From: Polyangia bacterium
Lineage (GTDB): Bacteria > Myxococcota_A > Polyangia > JAAYKL01
NCBI GenBank assembly: GCA_050287845.1
Contig: JBNKCR010000098.1
Span: forward strand, 96,001-160,000
DNA: 64,000 nucleotides
Direction: 5' to 3'
In this document: in pieces, positions 40,471 through 50,697 of the stretch
Layout: each line of letters opens with the position of its first letter
Position numbering within the stretch: position 1 is the stretch's first letter
Program-made: the position numbers and the translations under genes
The notes under the pieces: model-generated
Database searches by the model: none
What the model saw: only the letters and a program-made list of their open reading frames with translations
What the model was told of the DNA's origin: nothing

Positions 40471-42534
40471 ATGACAACGGAACCAATTGAACAAAAAAGT
40501 GTGAATGCCATTCGAACTCTGTCGATGGACGCCGTTCAGGCAGCCAATTCCGGGCATCCGGGAACGCCCATGGCCATGGCGCCGGTGGCGTATACCCTGT
40601 GGCAGAATGTGATGAAATACGATGCCGCGGATCCCATCTGGCCCAATCGGGACAGGTTTGTGCTTTCAATCGGTCATGCATCCATGCTGCTTTACTCGAT
40701 GTTGCATCTGACGAAGGTAAAAACTGTCACGGAGGATTACGAGGTGACCGACGAGCCCGCCGTTTCTCTGGAGGCTATCCGTAACTTCAGACAATTGGAA
40801 AGCAAATGCCCCGGCCATCCGGAGTATCGATGGACTTCCGGCGTTGAAACCACCACCGGCCCGCTGGGGCAGGGGGTGGCGACCGCCGTTGGAATGGCTC
40901 TGTCGGGTAAATGGCTCGGCGCCACCTACAACCGACCGGGCTATACGCTGTTCGATTATAAAGTGTATGCGATTGCCGGAGATGGTTGTATGATGGAGGG
41001 CGTCAGTTCCGAAGCGGCGTCCATTGCCGGGCATCTGAAGCTGTCCAATCTCTGTGTGGTATATGACAATAACAGTATCACCATTGAGGGAAACACCAAT
41101 CTGGCGTTTACCGAAGACGTGGCCACCCGTTTTACGAGTTATGGATGGAATGTCACGCGGGTTGCAGACGCCAACGATTTGGCGGCGCTTCAACGTGCGT
41201 TTGATGCTTTCAAGGCCACCACGGACCGACCGACCCTGATAATCGTTGACAGTCATATTGCATGGGGTGCTCCCAACAAACAGGATACCCATGGTGCACA
41301 TGGCGCTCCGCTGGGAGAAGAAGAGATTCGACTGACCAAAAAGTTTTACGGATGGCCCGAAGATAAGTCGTTTTATGTACCGGATGAGGTGTACACTCAC
41401 TTTGAAGATGGGATGGGAAAAAGGGGTACAGCGAGCCGCGAGTCGTGGATGGCGCTGTTCGAAAAATATAAAACGCAGTTTCCCGAAGAAGCCACCCAGC
41501 TGACATTGATGCAGAAACGGGAGCTGCCAGCGGATTTTGACAGGTTTCTCACGCCGTTTGACGCGGACAGCAAAGGCATTCCCGGCCGGACCGCTTCGGG
41601 TAAAGTGTTGAATAACCTGGCCAAAGCAGTGCCCTGGGTGGTTGGCGGCTCTGCGGACCTCGCGCCGTCCACCATGACCAGATTGACCGATGATACCGAT
41701 TTTTCCGCCGATAATTATGGGGGAAGAAATTTGCATTTCGGTGTCCGCGAACATGCCATGGCGTCCATCATGAACGGTATGGCGCTGTGCAAGCTCAGGC
41801 CCTTCGGCTCCGGTTTCATGGTGTTCAGCGATTATGCGCGACCGGCGATTCGTCTGGCAGCGCTGATGGAAATTCCGGTAGTGCACGTGTTTACCCATGA
41901 CTCCATCAGTGTGGGCGAAGATGGCCCCACCCATCAGCCGGTGGAGCATATGATTTCGCTGAGAGCGATTCCCGGTCTGATAACCTTCAGACCAGCGGAT
42001 GCCAATGAGATTGTCGAGATGTGGCGATTCGTGGCGCAGCAGCGACGATCGCCGGTAGCCATGGCGTTGTCCAGACAGGCGTTGCCGACATTGGATAGAA
42101 ACAGATTCGCATCGGCAGCCGGGGTCGCAAAGGGCGCGTACGTGCTGTATGGCGAGGAAGCAGACGCGCCGGATGTGTGCTTTTTTTCGACTGGCAGCGA
42201 AGTCGCATTGTGCATTGACGCGGCAGCGGCGCTTGAAGCCGCAGGTCACCGTGTCCGCGTGGTTAGTGTGCCTTCCTGGGAACTGTTCCGCAGGCAACCG
42301 GAAAATTATCGCGACGTCGTGCTGACCACCAAAGCGCGCGTGCGGATAGTGGTGGAAGAGGGCGCCACAATGGGATGGAACGAACTGGTCAGAAATCCGG
42401 ATGCCATTGTTGGTGTGGATAGCTTCGGTGAGTCGGCTCCCATGAATACCCTGCATCAGAAATACGGGTTCACCAAAGAGAATCTGGTCAATACGGCGAC
42501 CGCCATTCTGCAGCAGAAAAACAGCGTGTACTGA
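40471..42534 (+). CDS. tkt: Transketolase
   Basis: ANSGHPG, DRFVLSIGH, TTGPLGQG, GDGCMMEG, GVREHAM, THDSISVGEDGPTHQP. Confidence 0.97.
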   Translation: MTTEPIEQKSVNAIRTLSMDAVQAANSGHPGTPMAMAPVAYTLWQNVMKYDAADPIWPNRDRFVLSIGHASMLLYSMLHLTKVKTVTEDYEVTDEPAVSLEAIRNFRQLESKCPGHPEYRWTSGVETTTGPLGQGVATAVGMALSGKWLGATYNRPGYTLFDYKVYAIAGDGCMMEGVSSEAASIAGHLKLSNLCVVYDNNSITIEGNTNLAFTEDVATRFTSYGWNVTRVADANDLAALQRAFDAFKATTDRPTLIIVDSHIAWGAPNKQDTHGAHGAPLGEEEIRLTKKFYGWPEDKSFYVPDEVYTHFEDGMGKRGTASRESWMALFEKYKTQFPEEATQLTLMQKRELPADFDRFLTPFDADSKGIPGRTASGKVLNNLAKAVPWVVGGSADLAPSTMTRLTDDTDFSADNYGGRNLHFGVREHAMASIMNGMALCKLRPFGSGFMVFSDYARPAIRLAALMEIPVVHVFTHDSISVGEDGPTHQPVEHMISLRAIPGLITFRPADANEIVEMWRFVAQQRRSPVAMALSRQALPTLDRNRFASAAGVAKGAYVLYGEEADAPDVCFFSTGSEVALCIDAAAALEAAGHRVRVVSVPSWELFRRQPENYRDVVLTTKARVRIVVEEGATMGWNELVRNPDAIVGVDSFGESAPMNTLHQKYGFTKENLVNTATAILQQKNSVY

Positions 42535-42742
42535 TTGAATCAACCCGACTGGTGTCGCTTATTGGCGATCACTCCCTGTTGTGGCAACATTGATGGGGAG
42601 TGGAAGAAAAGATTGCGACCGGTTTCCATTGCTGCTATTCAACCTCTTCATAGAGTGGCGAATCGGTACCGTTGCGAGAAAAGCAGCCTGCGAAGCATTC
42701 GTCAATTTACTATTTTCAATCTGCTAATACTAGGGATAGTGA

Positions 42743-43804
42743 ATGTATAAAAAAAAGACGCCGGTGGATGCGTTAACCGCCAAGTTTGAAGCGCAGAAGA
42801 TTGCTTTTGCGCCCATGGTGTTTCAGGCTGCCAGGGCGCTGGTCGACCTCAGGGTGCTTGAAGTGATTGAATCCGGTGGCGACGATGGATTAAGCATTTC
42901 TGAAATCGCAGAGAAGACCGGGTTGTCCGAATATGCGGTGGAGGTGCTGACCGACAGCGGACTGAGTGCCCGGATTGTATATCTGACCAACAGTGATCGT
43001 CTGGGACTGACCAGTATCGGAACCTTTCTGCTCCACGATGAAATGACGCGTGTCAACATGAACTTTGTGCACGATGTCTGCTACCGGGGAATGTTTCATC
43101 TTCAGGAGGCGCTCACCCGGCAAACTCCTGCCGGACTCAAGGAGCTTGGAGAGTGGCCTACCGTATACGAAGCGCTGTCTTCATTGCCTCCAGCGGTAAA
43201 GAAAAGCTGGTTCGAGTTTGATCATTTTTATTCGGATATTGCGTTCAACACGTTGCTGCCACTGGTGTTTGAGCATCGACCTCTCACCCTGATGGATATT
43301 GGCACCAATACCGGAAAGTGGACGTTGAAATGTCTGGCGTATGATGCGGAAGTTCATGTGATTGCCGTAGATCTCCCTGGTCAGCTGCATGTGGCAAAAC
43401 AGAATGTTGACGCTGCAGGATTTTCAGATCGGGTGACCTGGCTGCCCACGGATATTCTGGGCGACAGCAGTCTGGGAAGTGGCGTGGATCTGATTTGGAT
43501 GAGTCAGTTTCTCTGCTGTTTCAGCGCGGAGGAGATTACGCGTATTTTCATCAAGGCGAGAGATGCGCTACACAAAGACGGGACTATCTGTGTGCTGGAA
43601 ACGTTCTGGGACAGGCAACGGTTTGAAGCCTCGGCATTCAGCCTGCACAGCACATCGCTGTATTTCACGGCCATGGCCAACGGGAACAGCAAAATGTACC
43701 GCTCAGTCGCACTGCTCGAATGTGCCCGGAAAGCGGGCCTTGACTGTGTATGGCAGCGGGATGACATTGGCATCTCTCATACGCTGTTGAAATTCAAAAA
43801 ATAA
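42743..43804 (+). CDS. SAM-dependent O-methyltransferase (dimerisation HTH + methyltransferase domain)
   Basis: N-terminal HTH-like region, MDIGTNTGKW, VDLP, WMSQFL, ANGNSKMY. Confidence 0.85.
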   Translation: MYKKKTPVDALTAKFEAQKIAFAPMVFQAARALVDLRVLEVIESGGDDGLSISEIAEKTGLSEYAVEVLTDSGLSARIVYLTNSDRLGLTSIGTFLLHDEMTRVNMNFVHDVCYRGMFHLQEALTRQTPAGLKELGEWPTVYEALSSLPPAVKKSWFEFDHFYSDIAFNTLLPLVFEHRPLTLMDIGTNTGKWTLKCLAYDAEVHVIAVDLPGQLHVAKQNVDAAGFSDRVTWLPTDILGDSSLGSGVDLIWMSQFLCCFSAEEITRIFIKARDALHKDGTICVLETFWDRQRFEASAFSLHSTSLYFTAMANGNSKMYRSVALLECARKAGLDCVWQRDDIGISHTLLKFKK

Positions 43805-43905
43805 TTGCGTCTGATTATTTTCGGCTGTTTGTGGAAGCTGTACGCCGTGCCGATTTTTAAGGCAATGCCAAACGACATGTGAGCCCATCGCCCGGTTGTA
43901 TCTGA

Positions 43906-44913
43906 TCAGTCGCCCCTGAGATGTGCTGCACCGGCAAGTCGATATTCGAAAATGCGGCTTTCGGTAATAAAGGGCGTCAGTGAATCCAGTCCCAGGTTGT
44001 GGACGGCAAGATCAATCAGCGCATCGTTATCGAGGGAGCCATCCCTGTCGCCGGCATACCATCGACCGGCCGCCAGGATTGCATCCAGCGGAATCAGTCC
44101 TACGAGCTCTGAACCGTTCACATCTGTTCCTGAAGCGTTGGCCAGCTCTCTGATGCGTTCGTACACATTGTGCAGACCGGTGTGACGATAATCGGTGAGG
44201 TTCATGGTCACCTGCGCGCAATCATACGACGGCATTCGCCAGCCATCCGCTTTCAGAAAATTGAATTCTCCGTTGATGCCTCGGAAACCACTGGTTCTGA
44301 TTTTTCTGGCAATCTTCTTCGCTATATGAATGTTTTTTGTTTTTAAATTGACGTTCCATGCTACGAGAAATGGTCGCACCCCCACCTGAACGCTCCCGGC
44401 TCGCGCGATGGTTTCACTCCATTTCATTGGACCAAAATCGGGTTGCCATTCGGGCTGTCGAATACGGCGTTGGAGGGTTTCATACTGACCCTTCCTCAGT
44501 TGCGCGAGTTCCCGCCGGTTGATAGCGACGGCTGCGTCGCCGTACAGATACACGGGGACGCCGGTATCTCCGATTCGCTTTCCAAGTGCACGTGCTGCAG
44601 CGATACATTCGGATATTGATATGTCTGAAACGGGAATAATGGGGCATACATCCAGGGCGCCATTGCGCACATGTTCGCCATGCTGATGGGTCATATCGAT
44701 TTCGGCAATGGCGATGCGGAAGAGGGCAAACGCGGCATCCGTTACATCAGACAGCTTTCCGGCGAATGTGAAAACCGTTCGATTGGCGTCGGGATTGCTA
44801 TCCACATGCAACAGGGAAACGCCGGGGCATGCACTGATGGTATCCGCCATCCTGCTTATTTTATTTCGGTTTTTTCCTTCGCTCACGTTTGGTACACATT
44901 CAGCAATTTCCAC
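43906..44913 (-). CDS. ftcD: Glutamate formimidoyltransferase
   Basis: ECVPNVSEG, NRTVFT, GEH.RNGALDVCP, PDFGP, QVTMNL, SELVGLIP; start set at GTG 44913 after GAGGTG. Confidence 0.9.
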   Translation of the reverse strand: MEIAECVPNVSEGKNRNKISRMADTISACPGVSLLHVDSNPDANRTVFTFAGKLSDVTDAAFALFRIAIAEIDMTHQHGEHVRNGALDVCPIIPVSDISISECIAAARALGKRIGDTGVPVYLYGDAAVAINRRELAQLRKGQYETLQRRIRQPEWQPDFGPMKWSETIARAGSVQVGVRPFLVAWNVNLKTKNIHIAKKIARKIRTSGFRGINGEFNFLKADGWRMPSYDCAQVTMNLTDYRHTGLHNVYERIRELANASGTDVNGSELVGLIPLDAILAAGRWYAGDRDGSLDNDALIDLAVHNLGLDSLTPFITESRIFEYRLAGAAHLRGD

Positions 44914-45106
44914 TTGAAACACCTCTATGGTTGCCACACTTTAAAAACACGGAAAAATCAATTATGTCAGTTAATTATCGATTATAAATCGATTTTCATA
45001 ATAATGAAATTCCGGGTTGAACCCACATTTTTGTTCATGATAAGGTTCCAACTTGTTTAATGAGTAATTCTAAGTAGGGAATCGTTTCCCGCATAAGAGG
45101 TTTCGT

Positions 45107-48100
45107 ATGTCCGAATTGGAAAAGTATCAACAGATTTTCGAACGCGATCCCACCGATTTACAGGCATTCAACAACGTCTGTGAAGCTGCGGAAAAAGCAA
45201 AAGACTATGAATATCTGACCGAACTCTTGAAATATCGTACTCAGATTACGGGAGATCAGGCAGAGATCGTAGATCTTCTTTTTCGCGCCGGGGTGGTCTA
45301 CCTCGAAAAGATGGATGATGTGCCACGGGGGGTTGAGGTGCTGCTGCAGGCTTTCGACATCGATCAGGCCCATGCGGGAATTGGCGCGAGACTGGAAAAT
45401 GCATACATCGAGGCAGGAGACTTCGAAGCCGCGCTGGCGATTATCGAAGGTCGTCTCAATGCCATTGGCAGTTCGGACATCGCCGGAACCCAGTTGTCCA
45501 TCCGATCCGATATTCATTTTCAGGCAGGTGAATTGCTTCAGGATAGGGTCGGCGATAAGGAACGGGCATTGAACCATTATCGCAAGGCGATCGAGTTGGA
45601 CAAGACCAATGCCGGAGCGCTCGGTCGGGCGCGGGAAATATATCTGGAGCTCAGCAAATTTAAAAATGCCGCCAAACTGTGTGAGCTGGAAGCCCGTGGA
45701 GAGTCGGATATTGATCGAAAAGTTCAGCTTTACCGGGAACTTGCGTACATCCTGAGTCATCGGATGAATGATATGAGCCAGGCGATAACCGCATTGAAAC
45801 GTGCACTTAAAGCCGATCAGAATAACGATGATGTCAAACTGGAACTGGCAGAAACCATTGCCAATTCGCCCTGGGATCCGGCCAATTCTAAAGATCGCAA
45901 ATGGGCATCCGACTATCTGACCCGACGTGCCAGGCAGACTGAAGGCGAAGCTGGTCTGCAGATGGGATGTCTTGGCATCCGTGCGTATCCCACAAACGAG
46001 AAGGCGTTGGCCGTGTCCGGCGCCCGTGCCAGGGAAATTGGTGACTTTCAGACGCTGATTGTAGAGTGCCAGACCGCTTGTGAAACCCTCTCAAGTATCG
46101 AAGAGCAGGCGCCGGTTATCCGTCGTATTGTCAAAAGTTTTCTGCGAACGGGGGCAATGGGGGATGCACTGAAGTGGGCTGAAAAATTGGAACCGGTGGC
46201 AGATGAAAAAGACATTGCCCTGATTCGCAAGCTGCGGGAATCCTCCGCGCCTGAATCCGCTTCAACGTTGGATTCCGAATTCTCCGCCGGTATGGTATCC
46301 GTAGTGCCCCGCGGGCATTCTGAATCGCCAGATACCGCATTTTCAAATGAACCGTCTGCGCCGGTTCCGACGCCAATCAGTGAAGCGCCGGTGCTGGATG
46401 CGCTGACCGTTCCTCTGGAGCCGCCGGATGACATGCCGCTGGATGAATGGATTGGCGCATTGCACCAGGAAGCGAACAACGCCAGACGCATGGGCGATGA
46501 CGATATGGTGCAACAGATTATGCGCGCGATCGTGACGCACCACCCCGGGGATCAGAAAGCAATCACTTTCCTTGAACGCCGCTTCAGGAGCACTGAAAAT
46601 TGGGGAGAGCTCAGGGACTTGCTGTTGCAATGTGTTCAGTCCGATGAATTTCCGCCCGCTGTGAAAACGGTTAAATTGCGCCAGGCAGCCAAGCTTGCGG
46701 AGGAGAATCTCAATGACATCGATGGCGCGATAGAAATCTGGTATCAGATTAAAGCACACGACCCCAAAGTGCGGGACGCAAGGGATGCCCTTGAACGGTT
46801 ATTGGCGCACACAGAACGATGGGAAGAACTGGTTACTCTTTATCGGGAGGAGATAGAGAGCACCAGCAGTCGTTCCAAGAAAGTCGCCGCCTGGCAGCGA
46901 TTGGCGGAAATTTTTTACATTCGTTTGAATGATGCCACGTTGGCTGCGGACGCCTATCAGCAGATTATTGAGCTGGCGCCAGACGATCTTCAAGCGGTGA
47001 ACGCGCTGGACGAACTCTATCTTCGAGAGCAGATGTATGACCAGCTTGTGCCATTTCTCGATCACCGCGCAGATGCCGCAAAAGATAAAATGGAGAAGAA
47101 GCATCTGACTCTCCGCGCAGCGTCGCTCCTGCAGGAACGGTTGGGATTGTTCGAAGACGCATATCAGAAAGCCAGGGATATCCTGGAGTTCTTCCCGGGT
47201 GATCTTGATGCAATTGAGCTAATGGAAGCGGTGGACGAGACGGGCGAGAATTGGGAACGACTTATTGATACGTTGAATCTGAAGGCGAGGGTTACACGGG
47301 AGAAAAGTGAAAAGGTTGCAGCTTATAAAAAAGTCGCAATCATTGCGTCTGTGCGGATGGAAGATGCGGCACTGGCGCTGAAAGCGTGGAACAAGGTGCT
47401 GGATGTTGATCCATGTGACGACGAAGCGATGGAAACCGCAGTCGGCATTTATGAGTCGACGGATGAATGGGGGGAACTCGCCCGAATTCTGAAACTTAGA
47501 ATTGTGGCTTCCGAAGATAACGCCGATAAAGTGAGATCTTACCGGAAGCTCGCGACGATTCTTGAGTTTGAATTGGGTAAGCAGGACGAAGCGGTTCATT
47601 ATTGGAAAAATCTCCTGGAAATAGAGGAAGACGCCGAAGCGCTGGGCGCGCTTTCCCGGTGGCATGAATCCAACAAAGATTGGGGCGCTTTGTCCGATAT
47701 TTTACCGCGACTGGTGCCGTTGCTCGATGATCCGGAAGCGAAATCCGACGCCATGTATCGGCGTGCCAATCTGTTCTATCGGCAGATGGGATTAAAAGAG
47801 AAGGCCATAGAGGAACTGGTACTGGTCAGTTCAGAAATTAATCCCGCACACTTGCCGACCCTGGAATTATTGAGAGACATTTACGCTCAGGATAGCAATT
47901 ACGACGCAGCAGCCACCGTGCTGGAGCAGCAAATCGCCAATACCAGCGATGCGGAGGCATTGCGGCAATTGTATATTCAATTGGGAGAGTGGTCCCGGAA
48001 CGAACTGGCCGACATCCGACGGGCGATGGTTGCATATGAAAAAGCAGCCTCAATGGACGTCCGTGACGACGCGGTACTCGATAAGCTGGATGAAATATTT

Positions 48101-50557
48101 GTTGAGACCGAGGAATGGGACAAGCTGCTGAAAATGATTTATGGGCGCTATCAACGCAGCGAGGATGACGACGCCAGATTCGGTTATCTGGTACGCGGCG
48201 GCCAATTATGCGAAGAGAAGCTGGTGGATACCAAGCAGGCATGGGGATGGTATCGACAGATTTTTGACAACATGCGCACGCATCCTGATGCCCTCGAAGT
48301 CATTGAAGAGGCCGGACATCGAATGTCTCTGTGGAAGGAACTGATCGACGTTTATGGCAAGTTGACCAAAGAAGGCACGGACGATGAAAAGCTTTCCTGG
48401 TGGATGAAGATTTCGCAGCTGTTCGAAGAAAAATTGGATGAGCCGGCGTCGGCGCTCGAAGCCGTGTTGCGGGCATTTGGGCTGGATCCCGACAACGAGG
48501 AGATGCTCGACAGTGTTGATCGGCTTGCGGTGCGCGCACAGGCGTGGGATCGCCTGGCCACGGTGTATACGGTGCTCGCGAAGCGGGAAGATGATGCAGA
48601 AGGTAAAATCGAGAAGCTGCTGCGACACGCCGACGTTCTGTACAAAAATGCGCAGGAGCCCGGCATGGCATTTGACGTTGCGCTCAAAGCCTTTGAGCTG
48701 GATCCGTCGAGTGAAGACATGTTGCAGTTTGTTGAAGAGGTGGGTAGAGCGTCATTGCGCTTCAACGACATGGTAACGGTTTATAAAGTTTGTGCGGATA
48801 GAGAAGCGGATAAGGCGCGGAAGATAGAACTGCTGATGAAATCCGCAAGCATGTTCCTTGAGAATATGGACGACGGTGACGGGGCGTTGAAACGCGCAGC
48901 CGATGCGTTGGTGGTGGCTCCGTTTGATGAAGAAAATGTCAAGCGGGTGTGGGATTTCATCCGCAATATGGAAAATGGGCTAATGGAGGCGGAGAAGGGT
49001 ATCTATTGGAACCGACTGATAACCATGTATCGCCAGATCGCTGATGTCTTTCACCGGGATACCAACAGACAAGTGCAGCTTACCCTCACCATATCCAGAG
49101 TGTATGCGGAAGAGCTGCATCAGACAAGTCAGGCATTTGCGGTGCTGAAAGAAGCACAACAATTGGCTCCCGCGGATCAGAACACCATTGATCAACTGGA
49201 GGAGATGGCTGGCGAACTGGATCTGTGGGAAGATCTGGTGGAGCATTATCGCAATATACTGGACGAGACATTCGAAATGAGTACGGCGGTGATGTATCAT
49301 CGCAGACGCGCACGGATTCTCGTGGAGCGGCTTGACCAGAAAGATGAAGCTGCTGAGCACTACTGGCAAATTATTCAACTGGATTCTCAGGATGACCGTG
49401 CATATGAATCATTGCTCAGTTATTATGAAAATGCAGGAAAATGGAATGATCTGGTGAATCTGCTGGAGCGTCAGTTGAATGCCGCATCCGATGATGAAAA
49501 GCGCCAGCAGCTGCTCTTGCAGATAGCTGAGATATGGGAAAATAAAATTGGCAATCGGTATGAGGCCAAGGACTGGTACGGTCAGGTAGTCACGTTGTGG
49601 CCAGATAACGAGGAGGCAAGGCAAGCGCTGGATAGACTCGCGTCGGCAGACAAAGTCGGCAGCTACGATGATGAGGATGATGACTCTGACATCAAGCAAC
49701 TGGTGTCCCTTGCACCACCTCCATCAGACAAAGTCGTTCCAGAAGTAGATGCCAGCGCTGAGAATCCAGAGGAATCGGGAGAACCAGAGGACGAGCCCGG
49801 AGAAGAATCTTTACTGGACAATCCTGAGGGAGAAGAGTCCGACGAAGAGGTTGCGAACGAAGAAGAGTCTGAAGAAGAAGATGTGGAGGACACGCCAACG
49901 GAAGGTTCAGAGGAGGATCCTGACCACGAGTCTGACGAGGAAGATTCTGATGAAGATGAAGAGGAGGATCCTGATGACGAGTCTGACGAGGAAGATTCTG
50001 ATGAAGATGAAGTAGAGCTGGAGGACGCGCCAGAAGAAGAACCTGAAGAAGATTCTGAAGACGAAGAGCTGGAGAACGAGCCAGAGGAAGCTGCAGAAGA
50101 AGAGCCTGAAGAAGCTGCTGAAGAAGATTCTGAAGACGAAGAGCTGGAGAACGACGCAGAGGAAGCGTCTGAAGAAGCTGCTGAAGAAGAGCCTGAAGAA
50201 GATTCTGAAGACGAAATTCTGAAGGACACGCCAGAGGAAGCGTCTGAAAACGAACCTGAAGACGAACTTGAGGAGTCAGATGACGAAGTCGACGAGGACG
50301 ACGAACCGAAGGCGGATGCCAATGGTGGCGAAGAAGTTGCCAGCAGTATGGATCTGTCAGTTCCGCCCGGGCCGCCTCGTCCGTCAGTCGCACCTACAGG
50401 GGTTAGCTCCAGCGCACCGGGGGTTATGCCACCACCTCCGCCACCACCAGCAAAGCCTTTCAGCGGTAGTATCGCAGCGCCGCAACCGGGTATACCGACT
50501 CCACAACGGGCAGTTGCAGCACCGCCGCCGCCGCCACCGCCCATTCCAAAGAAATAG
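45107..50557 (+). CDS. Giant TPR-repeat protein (1816 aa) with Glu/Asp-rich and Pro-rich C-terminal tail
   Basis: Many helical TPR-like units (A..AL..LY....W..L); E/D tract about 49660-50310; terminal poly-Pro. Confidence 0.9.
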   Translation: MSELEKYQQIFERDPTDLQAFNNVCEAAEKAKDYEYLTELLKYRTQITGDQAEIVDLLFRAGVVYLEKMDDVPRGVEVLLQAFDIDQAHAGIGARLENAYIEAGDFEAALAIIEGRLNAIGSSDIAGTQLSIRSDIHFQAGELLQDRVGDKERALNHYRKAIELDKTNAGALGRAREIYLELSKFKNAAKLCELEARGESDIDRKVQLYRELAYILSHRMNDMSQAITALKRALKADQNNDDVKLELAETIANSPWDPANSKDRKWASDYLTRRARQTEGEAGLQMGCLGIRAYPTNEKALAVSGARAREIGDFQTLIVECQTACETLSSIEEQAPVIRRIVKSFLRTGAMGDALKWAEKLEPVADEKDIALIRKLRESSAPESASTLDSEFSAGMVSVVPRGHSESPDTAFSNEPSAPVPTPISEAPVLDALTVPLEPPDDMPLDEWIGALHQEANNARRMGDDDMVQQIMRAIVTHHPGDQKAITFLERRFRSTENWGELRDLLLQCVQSDEFPPAVKTVKLRQAAKLAEENLNDIDGAIEIWYQIKAHDPKVRDARDALERLLAHTERWEELVTLYREEIESTSSRSKKVAAWQRLAEIFYIRLNDATLAADAYQQIIELAPDDLQAVNALDELYLREQMYDQLVPFLDHRADAAKDKMEKKHLTLRAASLLQERLGLFEDAYQKARDILEFFPGDLDAIELMEAVDETGENWERLIDTLNLKARVTREKSEKVAAYKKVAIIASVRMEDAALALKAWNKVLDVDPCDDEAMETAVGIYESTDEWGELARILKLRIVASEDNADKVRSYRKLATILEFELGKQDEAVHYWKNLLEIEEDAEALGALSRWHESNKDWGALSDILPRLVPLLDDPEAKSDAMYRRANLFYRQMGLKEKAIEELVLVSSEINPAHLPTLELLRDIYAQDSNYDAAATVLEQQIANTSDAEALRQLYIQLGEWSRNELADIRRAMVAYEKAASMDVRDDAVLDKLDEIFVETEEWDKLLKMIYGRYQRSEDDDARFGYLVRGGQLCEEKLVDTKQAWGWYRQIFDNMRTHPDALEVIEEAGHRMSLWKELIDVYGKLTKEGTDDEKLSWWMKISQLFEEKLDEPASALEAVLRAFGLDPDNEEMLDSVDRLAVRAQAWDRLATVYTVLAKREDDAEGKIEKLLRHADVLYKNAQEPGMAFDVALKAFELDPSSEDMLQFVEEVGRASLRFNDMVTVYKVCADREADKARKIELLMKSASMFLENMDDGDGALKRAADALVVAPFDEENVKRVWDFIRNMENGLMEAEKGIYWNRLITMYRQIADVFHRDTNRQVQLTLTISRVYAEELHQTSQAFAVLKEAQQLAPADQNTIDQLEEMAGELDLWEDLVEHYRNILDETFEMSTAVMYHRRRARILVERLDQKDEAAEHYWQIIQLDSQDDRAYESLLSYYENAGKWNDLVNLLERQLNAASDDEKRQQLLLQIAEIWENKIGNRYEAKDWYGQVVTLWPDNEEARQALDRLASADKVGSYDDEDDDSDIKQLVSLAPPPSDKVVPEVDASAENPEESGEPEDEPGEESLLDNPEGEESDEEVANEEESEEEDVEDTPTEGSEEDPDHESDEEDSDEDEEEDPDDESDEEDSDEDEVELEDAPEEEPEEDSEDEELENEPEEAAEEEPEEAAEEDSEDEELENDAEEASEEAAEEEPEEDSEDEILKDTPEEASENEPEDELEESDDEVDEDDEPKADANGGEEVASSMDLSVPPGPPRPSVAPTGVSSSAPGVMPPPPPPPAKPFSGSIAAPQPGIPTPQRAVAAPPPPPPPIPKK
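49910..50270 (+). repeat. Tandem duplications within the acidic tract, including a 51-bp unit twice (49910-49960, 49961-50011; 2 mismatches) and repeated GAAGAAGATTCTGAAGACGAA blocks
   Basis: Read directly from the sequence. Confidence 0.85.
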
Positions 50558-50697
50558 ACCTCACCGAATCCGTGCGCAGTTCAGAACGGCAGAACCAAAA
50601 TTCATTTTATTGACATTAGAGCGCTTATGATTTCCGCTGGCAGCCACGGATATCGCAGAGAAGTGCTTGGGTCAAATTATAGAAATAGCAACGATTT

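Noticed and set aside
40666..42543. 625-aa ORF antisense to tkt
   Set aside because: Shadow ORF on the opposite strand of a well-conserved gene, with no recognisable motifs; expected from codon bias.
49663..50544. Ser/Gly-rich 293-aa antisense ORF
   Set aside because: Reverse-complement artefact of the Glu/Asp/Pro low-complexity tail.
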